Source of the DNA: a virus
DNA: 44,197 nucleotides
Reading direction: 5' to 3' (one strand)
IMG/VR virus record: IMGVR_UViG_3300020215_000022
The translations under genes were made by a program, and so were the position numbers. The stretch's first letter is position 1, and every line of letters starts with the position of its first letter. Under the pieces are notes generated by a model, which saw nothing but the letters and a program-made list of their open reading frames with translations, was not told the DNA's origin and did no database searches. Of this stretch, positions 6,445-12,990 are shown one piece after another.

Positions 6445-7434
6445 CTAGAACACCTGAGCCGAGAACCCGTGAATGCGCATGACCGGTTCGCTTCCTGGCG
6501 CCGGATCGGTGTAGTCCCCAGCCCAAGGCGTATCCCTTGCATCTCCCCATAGGGACATGAACGTGCGCATCGCTCCTACCGGCATCGGGGCCTGTGCAGG
6601 GGTCCAGCGGAACACTTCGGGGATGTCCGCGGGCGCGACGCCGCCGACCACTTCAGCGAGCTTCCAGGAAACGAAGTCGTCAGGCTCGCCCAGAACCTTG
6701 AAGTCCAACCCGAAGATGAAGCGCCGGCCCGACATGTCCCCCACGATCAGCGGGGCCTTGAACACGCGATCGACGCCCGCCTTCTTGCCGTACAGGTGAA
6801 TGCCGGTGAGGCCCACCACTTCCCAATCCAGCTCGTCAGCGTGGCCTGGGTCGTTCTTGCCGGGATTGTAGCGGTAGGTCCATCCAGGGGCCGCGACGAC
6901 ACCGCTTCTCATGCGGAAGAACTCGATATCCGACCGGATGGTGGCTTTCTTCACCTCACCGACGCCGAACTCCTGCAGCTCGGCTTCACCGCCGATGGGC
7001 GCCGCGGAAACACCCGACAAGACAAGATCCACGACGCCGTTGGGATGCACCAGCACGTTCTTGAACTCGAACTCGCTGTCGTGGTGAGAACCGCCCGACC
7101 AGTCGGACGCCCGCCAGGCCGCGCCAGAACGGTCGTTGTGCGTCACGCTTACGCGGCCCATGCGGGGCAGGCTGGACGCTGAGCCGGACGGGTCGGGGAC
7201 AGTGAAGCCGTTGAGCGTCACTGTCCCGCTCGGGGGCGGCGGGGGTGGAGGGGGGGGCGATCCCATGAACGCGACGATCTTGTCGGACGCCTGGTCCATC
7301 AGGCCGATGGCGTCCTTCAAGGGCTGCATGTCGGCAGTCGGAGCGTTAGGCAGGGTGACGGTTTGGCTCATGGCGTTGGTGGCGGCCTGTAGAGCGCTGG
7401 CGAGGCTGGGGGAGAGTTCGGCGAGGGTGGGCAT
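6445..7434 (-). CDS. GH16-like (lichenase/laminarinase-type) glycan hydrolase domain protein with N-terminal helical segment and Pro9 linker
   Basis: ATG 7434 lies 1 nt after the o-spanin stop. GVVAAPGWTYRY...HADELDWEVVG matches the GH16 catalytic signature E-[ILV]-D-x-E plus hydrophobic-G. The linker is SPPPPPPPPPSG. No signal peptide is visible. Confidence 0.55.
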   Translation of the reverse strand: MPTLAELSPSLASALQAATNAMSQTVTLPNAPTADMQPLKDAIGLMDQASDKIVAFMGSPPPPPPPPPSGTVTLNGFTVPDPSGSASSLPRMGRVSVTHNDRSGAAWRASDWSGGSHHDSEFEFKNVLVHPNGVVDLVLSGVSAAPIGGEAELQEFGVGEVKKATIRSDIEFFRMRSGVVAAPGWTYRYNPGKNDPGHADELDWEVVGLTGIHLYGKKAGVDRVFKAPLIVGDMSGRRFIFGLDFKVLGEPDDFVSWKLAEVVGGVAPADIPEVFRWTPAQAPMPVGAMRTFMSLWGDARDTPWAGDYTDPAPGSEPVMRIHGFSAQVF

Positions 7435-7435
7435 G

Positions 7436-7738
7436 TCAGTGTTTGCATCCTTGGTTGGCGGCTTTGAGTTCAGCGTTGCGCGCGCGAAGCTGTTCGATCT
7501 CAGCAAGTAGAAGCTTCACGGGCTCGAAGATGCCGGGGGCGGCGGCTATGGCCGCAGCGGTGGCGATGGGCGCGGGGTCGGGGCCGGGGTCTGCTGCGCA
7601 GGGGACGCTTATCGGAACCTCAACCCGCTGGGTGACGATCACCGGTTCTGGTGTGTTGCGGCTGGCGCAAGCCGTGACCATGACGAGGAAGGCGGCGCCG
7701 ACGACCAGCACAATCAGGATGCATCGCCAGCACTTCAT
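7436..7738 (-). CDS. o-spanin (outer-membrane lipoprotein spanin subunit)
   Basis: MKCWRCILIVLVVGAAFLVMVTAC carries the lipobox V-T-A-C. The mature part is Pro-rich. ATG 7738 is in an ATGA overlap with the i-spanin stop. Confidence 0.75.
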   Translation of the reverse strand: MKCWRCILIVLVVGAAFLVMVTACASRNTPEPVIVTQRVEVPISVPCAADPGPDPAPIATAAAIAAAPGIFEPVKLLLAEIEQLRARNAELKAANQGCKH

Positions 7739-8178
7739 CGGATCGTCTCCCTGATGAGCTTTTCCGCCTCGCTCGCCTGCTCGCAGTAGTCGCCAGACTG
7801 TGGCTGACGGTTGAGCAGGGAGGTTATTCGGCTGTCTGCCGCTCGGGACGCCTGGCGAGCCTGCTGGAGGGCCTTGGCGCTCATCTGCGCCCGCTGGGCC
7901 GCTTCGGCCTTCAGGGCGGCCACGGCGGCGTTCTGCTGCTCGATACCGGCTTTGAGCTGTTGAGCGCCGGCCCGGCAGGATTCGAGCCTGGCGGCCCACC
8001 CCGTTCCCGGTCGGGTGATCTTGTCTATGGCGTCGTCCGCCCTGGCCTCCGCAGCATCCGCGCGCCTGGCCTCGAACCCTACCTTGATCCCGGCCACCAG
8101 TAGGGCGCCTGAAAGCAGGACGCCGACGCCTATTGCGATTGGCCCGGCAAGCGGGCTGGTGAGCCAACGGTCTATCAT
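7735..8178 (-). CDS. i-spanin (inner-membrane spanin subunit)
   Basis: 147 aa. An N-terminal TM segment (PLAGPIAIGVGVLLSGALLVAGI) is followed by an Ala/Gln/Arg-rich coiled-coil periplasmic domain. The o-spanin follows immediately. Confidence 0.75.
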   Translation of the reverse strand: MIDRWLTSPLAGPIAIGVGVLLSGALLVAGIKVGFEARRADAAEARADDAIDKITRPGTGWAARLESCRAGAQQLKAGIEQQNAAVAALKAEAAQRAQMSAKALQQARQASRAADSRITSLLNRQPQSGDYCEQASEAEKLIRETIR

Positions 8179-8381
8179 CGACGCCTCGGGACGTGGAAAC
8201 CGAGGGGATTGCGCGGCGGGTCTGGCTTCCGAAGCGCACAGGCCGCATTGTAGGAGACGGACTTCAGCCCAGCGAGGCGCGGGTTCCTGGGGTCAGGTGA
8301 GGAAAGGTCATGCAACGAGCCGATGCCCATGAAGAAGAAGGGCTCGTCATACCAATCATCGTCCATGCGTCTGCGTTTCAT
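8175..8381 (-). CDS. Hypothetical protein in the lysis cassette (68 aa)
   Basis: MKRRRMDDDWYDEPFFFMGIG... has ATGA overlaps at both ends (8378-8381 and 8175-8178). Function unknown. Confidence 0.5.
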   Translation of the reverse strand: MKRRRMDDDWYDEPFFFMGIGSLHDLSSPDPRNPRLAGLKSVSYNAACALRKPDPPRNPLGFHVPRRR

Positions 8382-8485
8382 ATTCCCGCCACCCATCTTG
8401 CTAGCAAAAGGCCAAGGACAACCCCGGCCGCGACCGCCGCCAGCACGCCAAGGGCGAAGGCGAAAGCGAACAGGAACACGGTCAT
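8378..8485 (-). CDS. Single-TM micro-protein (35 aa) in the lysis cassette
   Basis: MTVFLFAFAFALGVLAAVAAGVVLGLLLARWVAGI. ATG 8485 is in an ATGA overlap with the endolysin stop (8482-8484). Confidence 0.5.
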   Translation of the reverse strand: MTVFLFAFAFALGVLAAVAAGVVLGLLLARWVAGI

Positions 8486-9027
8486 GCAAGCCCCCCCTCG
8501 CACATCGGCCGCTCACCCATCTTCGGGTCATTGCGACGGCGAACGAGGCCCCTCACCTGCTTGCCGCCTGCGTAAGTCCACCGGCTCAGCTCAGCGCACG
8601 CGCCGCGGATGTCGCCCGCGTTCAGCTTCCTGAGCAGCGTGGAGCGGCAAAAGGCGGCCGTGCCGTTGTTGTACCCAAAGGACAGAAAGGCCCCGTAGGT
8701 CTCACCCGAGCTTTGAGGGGGGAGCAGCCTGGCCTCTATGCCGTCGTCGATACATGCCGAAATGCGTTTGAGGTGTTCCAGCGCGTCCTTTTTCAGCACG
8801 TCACGGCAGTACTCGTCGCTGTAGTATTTGCCGACCACCACATCCGAGCCAGTGTGGCCGCTGCAATTAGTGGCGACGCCTACAATGTCGCGGTATCCTA
8901 CGTTTTCGTAGCCTTCCCAGAAGACCAAGACAGGGAGCGTTAGGGCAACAACAGCCGCAAGCCCGGCGGCCTTTTGGTCGGTAGTGAGCGTCGTCTTACC
9001 GCGCAACTCCGGTGTGGGTGGGGTCAT
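8482..9027 (-). CDS. SAR endolysin, GH24 (T4/P21-type) lysozyme
   Basis: The N-terminal weakly hydrophobic anchor AAGLAAVVALTLPVLVFW is followed by WEGYENVGYRDIVGVAT. That gives the E-8aa-D-5aa-T catalytic triad spacing of P21-type SAR lysozymes. Confidence 0.9.
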   Translation of the reverse strand: MTPPTPELRGKTTLTTDQKAAGLAAVVALTLPVLVFWEGYENVGYRDIVGVATNCSGHTGSDVVVGKYYSDEYCRDVLKKDALEHLKRISACIDDGIEARLLPPQSSGETYGAFLSFGYNNGTAAFCRSTLLRKLNAGDIRGACAELSRWTYAGGKQVRGLVRRRNDPKMGERPMCEGGLA

Positions 9028-9266
9028 TTGACCACCACTTGGCCGGGGTCGGCCTTGGCCGCCGCGACCATCTTCCGGTGCTTGAACCTCGCGCTGAACT
9101 GAGACCAGATGATGGGTCCGATCAGCAGCAGCAGACCAATGCCGGTCTCCGAAACGCTGCCGTCATAGACCCCCTTCGTGGCGAACGCGGTCCCTATGAT
9201 CTTGAGGAAATCACGAACGCCCGAGCTGAGCTGAGCCGGGACCGGGCTTTGCGGTAGGGTGATCAT
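9024..9266 (-). CDS. Putative holin/pinholin (2 TM, basic C-terminus)
   Basis: 80 aa. It has the hydrophobic segments FLKIIGTAFATKGV and GIGLLLLIGPIIW, then the basic tail SARFKHRKMVAAAK. It lies directly upstream of and overlapping the endolysin. Confidence 0.55.
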   Translation of the reverse strand: MITLPQSPVPAQLSSGVRDFLKIIGTAFATKGVYDGSVSETGIGLLLLIGPIIWSQFSARFKHRKMVAAAKADPGQVVVK

Positions 9267-9544
9267 CAGTCGCGCTCCAAAAGGCGGTCAACCTTGCGCT
9301 CGATCTTTTCGACCGTGCCCGCGGTCGCACCCGTCTGCACCTCGATCACCTTCAGGCGCACCGAGTCCTCCCGCTGGATGCGCTCTACGGCGTCAAGGCG
9401 GACCTCGTGATCATCGACCTTGTTCATAGTCGCCGCTGCGGCGGCCACGCCGACAACGGCAGCCGTCACGACGGCGGCAAGGATCGGCCACCAGGCCCGC
9501 AACTCAGCGGCGAACCGCTGAAAACCATTTTCCGAAGCGCCCAT
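9266..9544 (-). CDS. Single-TM coiled-coil membrane protein (possible holin partner or antiholin)
   Basis: ATG 9544 lies 5 nt after AAGGGGG. The product MGASENGFQRFAAELRAWWPILAAVVTAAVVGVAAAAATM... continues into a coiled coil. It is the first gene of the lysis cluster. The track ORF extends to GTG 9589. Confidence 0.55.
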   Translation of the reverse strand: MGASENGFQRFAAELRAWWPILAAVVTAAVVGVAAAAATMNKVDDHEVRLDAVERIQREDSVRLKVIEVQTGATAGTVEKIERKVDRLLERD

Positions 9545-9712
9545 ACCGCCCCCTTCATTTACTGAAAAAACACCATCCCGGCCCGACACCGGGTCTACGC
9601 CTAGGGCCTGGGGCTCATACCCTCAGGCTCCGATGGCTAGGCCGCGTCTTGGTGTGACAGCACCTTGGCGCGGCCGACTGGATTTAGTTGGTCTCTGAGG
9701 CTAGACGGCCTC

Positions 9713-9926
9713 ATGGCTGGCCGCCCGTATCTGTTCTTCGCCGGGATCGGCGCCAGTTGCCTTGCCCTGGCCGCGCTCCCGATTCTAGGCGGGCGGTTGT
9801 GGCTTGAGGCCCCGTTCTTGCTGGCCTGGGGACTGGCCACTTGGGGTCTTATCATTTGGTTTGAGCGTGGCCTGCCCGAAGAGGAACGAGGTAGCATCGC
9901 AAAGACGCTCGGACTACGGTCCAGCG
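9713..9926 (+). other. Two-TM coding-like segment with no stop codon of its own (frame continues into the methyltransferase ORF)
   Basis: From ATG 9713: MAGRPYLFFAGIGASCLALAALPILGGRLWLEAPFLLAWGLATWGLIIWF. Third positions in this frame are G/C-rich up to about 9880 and become T-rich after about 9930, where another frame looks coding. Confidence 0.35.
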
Positions 9927-10040
9927 GTGAGCCAGGAAAACGCGGTCATCTTCCTCGTAGCGACGCCGATCGTGCTGTTCGTCGCCGCGCTCTTGGCCCC
10001 GGACCTCATCAGGATAATCAGACGACGGACACGCAAATGA
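9927..10040 (+). CDS. Single-TM micro-protein (37 aa), translationally coupled to the methyltransferase
   Basis: From GTG 9927: VSQENAVIFLVATPIVLFVAALLAPDLIRIIRRRTRK. The stop 10038-10040 overlaps ATG 10037. Third positions are G/C-rich in this frame. No clear SD is present. Confidence 0.4.
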   Translation: MSQENAVIFLVATPIVLFVAALLAPDLIRIIRRRTRK

Positions 10041-10813
10041 AAAGCGCCATAGCCAGGACCGTGAGGGCGACACCGCCGCTAAGATGGCTCGCCGGGGCCG
10101 CTGAATACGGCCTGTTCGGAACGCCCTTGCGCGAGCGTATCGCGCTTGGAATCCTAGGCGCCCACTACAAGAGCCTCTATCGCCGACATTGGGGCTGGTG
10201 GCTCGGCGGCGAGCCGCACTTCACCCCGCACCGGATCGAACTGTTCAACCTCCTGAAGGGCAACGGGACCGACACCCTGTACGCTTTTTCGCGGGCCTTC
10301 TATTCCGCGGAAGTGGTGCGTCCCGGAGATGTGGTCTTAGACATCGGCTGTGGCGAAGGGAGCATAACCAAACGGGCCCTTGCCCCGAAAGCCGGCCACG
10401 TTGACGCGATCGATATCGAGCCGTCTGCTATTGAGGCCGCCAAGCGCTTGAACCCTGCCCCCAACATCACTTACCGCCGCCTGGACGCAGTGAATGAACC
10501 CCTCCCCCAGACCTACGACGTGATCGTATTCGATGGCGCGATAGGTCACTTCTCTCCGGAGGGTTCGGCGAAGTTGCTGACGAAGATCGCACAGTCCCTA
10601 AAGCCAGGCGGCGTCTTCTGCGGCTCCGAAAGCCTCGGCCACGAGGGGCACGACCATCTTCAGTTTTTCGACACCCTGGAGGACATGCGGGCGATGCTGG
10701 CGCCCCATTTCAAGCATGTGCGGCTGAAGGAACATGCCTACGGCGAGCGGATCGAGGGCTACTGGCGTGCATCAAATTCATCCGAGCGGTTGGACGAGAT
10801 CGGCTGGCGTTAG
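10037..10813 (+). CDS. Class I SAM-dependent methyltransferase (non-DNA type)
   Basis: Motif I VVLDIGCGEGSIT, motif II DVIVFDGAIGHF and a post-II LKPGGVF are present. It lies on the strand opposite the whole late block, and its stop overlaps the tailspike stop (convergent, 10810-10813). The maximal ORF begins at 9665. Confidence 0.8.
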   Translation: MKSAIARTVRATPPLRWLAGAAEYGLFGTPLRERIALGILGAHYKSLYRRHWGWWLGGEPHFTPHRIELFNLLKGNGTDTLYAFSRAFYSAEVVRPGDVVLDIGCGEGSITKRALAPKAGHVDAIDIEPSAIEAAKRLNPAPNITYRRLDAVNEPLPQTYDVIVFDGAIGHFSPEGSAKLLTKIAQSLKPGGVFCGSESLGHEGHDHLQFFDTLEDMRAMLAPHFKHVRLKEHAYGERIEGYWRASNSSERLDEIGWR

Positions 10814-12873
10814 GCGGCGAGACTGGCCTCGTCCTTCCAGGTCCCCGGATTGCCTCCCGTCGTGCAAACAGCTCCGGGCGCAGCGCCCGCTGCAGGCGCT
10901 GTAAACTCCGCCCTGTCTCCCGCCACCCAGGTGCCAACCGCTGGGGCCGCCGATGTCTGGACGACGACCTTGGCCCCCTGACGCCGACCAATGTAGCCCA
11001 CGGCCGTTCCAGAGTCCGTGTTTGTCATCGACCCAACGGTCTCGAAGGTGTTGTCCTGAAGGATAACCATGGGCGCCGAACTCGCGCCCCTAAGTCGAAT
11101 AGCAGTCTCCACGTCGTCAAAATGGTTGCGGTCTATGATGTAGTCGGTGGTCACCCGACCGGTGACTGAGTCCTCATAGTATACGCCGAAGTAGAATTTC
11201 TCGATGTGGTTATCCGTAACGGTGAACTTGGTAGCTTGGCGTAGGTGAATTGCCGCGTTGTTGCTGCCGTCGTAGGTTGAGCGATCCGCGCCATAGATCT
11301 TGTTCCTGCGGACATAGCGGCGCCGCGTAGCCCCCCCGTCATCGACATAGATCGAGCCGATGTTGTTCGAGGACCGCTCGCAGGTGTTGTCCTCGATGTA
11401 GAGGTCCGCGTCCCAATCGCTCCCGGGGTTGCACCGGATGTCGCTAGACGTGCAGCGTTTGATGTGGTTGCCCCTCACGTTAACCTTACCCACCGGGTTG
11501 TTGTTGATGGCGATGCCGTATGCCGTCGAGGTATCGATGGTGTTATTCAGGATGTTGCAGCCGTCGCTGAACACGCTGTCTGCGCCATTGTAGCCGTTGA
11601 AGGTGATCGCGCCGATGGCGTTGGTGAGGTTGCCGCGGAAGTCGGTAATGGCGTTGTCGCTGATCTGAACAAGGTCGGCCCCACCGTTCACCGTAATGCC
11701 TCCGCTAAGTGTGCTGTCGGACGCGCCTGCGCCCGCAAATCCGTTCTTGGAGCAGACATTTCCTGTGATGATGATCGCCTTTTGCTTCGTCCCGGAACTC
11801 GTAGCCGTGTAGATACCGGTTATAAGGGTGTTTTTGCAGACATTGCCGGACACCGTGATTCGACCGCCCGGCGAGCCATAATTTACTAGAATGCCGTGCC
11901 GGCGAGAAAGCGAGCCAGAGGCAAGTTCCGCGAAACTGGAGTTCATCGTGATGCAGATGTTGCCAACGATGGCGAGGTCTCCGTCAAAACCGGTGGGGTT
12001 GCACCAGATGCCCTGCGAGTTGTTGGAAAAGCACCGGTTCCCCACAATGCTGCTCGATCCACCCCGGGTGGAGCTGTAGAAGACGATGTCACTGGAGTTG
12101 TTCTGTCCATAGTAGTTGCCGTAGCAAAGGTTCCCTGCGACATGACAGCCAACGCCGTCTTGAATTTGGACGCCAGCCGAGCGGAAGCCGTGGAAGAAGC
12201 TATTGGTTACGCTCACGCCCGTTACATTTTGGGCAAAGACGCCGTTGTTTTTCGTCCAATCGACAATGGAAGTTTGGAGGCCGTCCCCCTCCAGGCGCAC
12301 GCGGTCGACCATGCAGTTGGAGCCGAGATTGAAAACGTTCTTCTCGGCGGCCGTCTGGCGGACGTGCGAGTTGTAGCCGTCGCCAAAGACCGCCACGCCA
12401 GCGGGGATCGTGACTGTATCGTTTAGGTTCCGCACTGTTGACTTGCCCGGGATGAACAGGGCGGCCCCGAGAACCGCACAAGCCGCCAAGGCGGCGGTAA
12501 AGGCGGAATTATAGTAGGTGTCCCCGGCCAAATAATAATCGTCCACGCAAATCCGTTCGCGGCCCGCCAAGAAGTCCTTGTTGGAAGATATGAAAGCGGT
12601 CGCCCGGCCAGAAAGGCTCAGCAGACTCCCTGTCGAAGATTCGCTGAGCAGCCTAGTCAAGGTCCTAGCGCTGGAACTCCACGCGCCTTTACCAATTTCA
12701 AAGTGGTTCCCGTCCTCGATAACGTAGGGCACCGTGTCGCCGTCGGTGACACCTGCCCAGCCGATGTTACTGTCGGCGTGAAACGGAAAATACCCGCTCA
12801 CCGGCTCGCCTAGCGTTATGGTTCCCGTGCCAGTCGTCGCGGTGACGGCCCGCACGCGGTTGTATAGGGTCAT
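10810..12873 (-). CDS. Tailspike with right-handed parallel beta-helix (pectate-lyase-like) depolymerase domain
   Basis: 687 aa. The N-terminus is TATTGTGTITLGEPVSGY. There are many repeating G-N-x-C/V-x-x-N rungs (VAGNLCYGN, IVGNRCFSN, IVGNICITMN, VSGNVCKNT, ITGNVCSKN, VRGNHIKRC). Confidence 0.8.
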   Translation of the reverse strand: MTLYNRVRAVTATTGTGTITLGEPVSGYFPFHADSNIGWAGVTDGDTVPYVIEDGNHFEIGKGAWSSSARTLTRLLSESSTGSLLSLSGRATAFISSNKDFLAGRERICVDDYYLAGDTYYNSAFTAALAACAVLGAALFIPGKSTVRNLNDTVTIPAGVAVFGDGYNSHVRQTAAEKNVFNLGSNCMVDRVRLEGDGLQTSIVDWTKNNGVFAQNVTGVSVTNSFFHGFRSAGVQIQDGVGCHVAGNLCYGNYYGQNNSSDIVFYSSTRGGSSSIVGNRCFSNNSQGIWCNPTGFDGDLAIVGNICITMNSSFAELASGSLSRRHGILVNYGSPGGRITVSGNVCKNTLITGIYTATSSGTKQKAIIITGNVCSKNGFAGAGASDSTLSGGITVNGGADLVQISDNAITDFRGNLTNAIGAITFNGYNGADSVFSDGCNILNNTIDTSTAYGIAINNNPVGKVNVRGNHIKRCTSSDIRCNPGSDWDADLYIEDNTCERSSNNIGSIYVDDGGATRRRYVRRNKIYGADRSTYDGSNNAAIHLRQATKFTVTDNHIEKFYFGVYYEDSVTGRVTTDYIIDRNHFDDVETAIRLRGASSAPMVILQDNTFETVGSMTNTDSGTAVGYIGRRQGAKVVVQTSAAPAVGTWVAGDRAEFTAPAAGAAPGAVCTTGGNPGTWKDEASLAA

Positions 12874-12902
12874 TGAAGTTGCCCTTGGTGTCGGGGTGTG
12901 GG

Positions 12903-12925
12903 AAAAGCTCGGCCGTGCGCGAGCT
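12903..12925 (-). terminator. Weak intrinsic-terminator-like hairpin between the internal-virion genes and the tailspike
   Basis: The minus strand reads AGCTCG-cgcacggc-CGAGCT followed by TTTT. The stem is only 6 bp. Confidence 0.35.
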
Positions 12926-12990
12926 GGATCATTGGGACCGGATGTACAGGGAGAGCTGGGTTTTCCCCGGCTTCCTGCTCCCGGTTATCG

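Noticed and set aside
7739-8248. N-terminal 170-aa extension of the o-spanin frame (track ORF 7436-8248)
   Set aside because: The extension is Arg/Gly/Pro-rich junk overlapping the i-spanin frame. The lipoprotein signal peptide starts precisely at ATG 7738, in an ATGA overlap with the i-spanin stop.
9665-10036. Reading the SAM-methyltransferase as one 382-aa membrane-anchored protein from TTG 9665
   Set aside because: In that frame, third codon positions become T-rich between about 9930 and 10036. Another frame there encodes a clean TM helix ending in an ATGA overlap with ATG 10037. It is kept as an open alternative in the findings.
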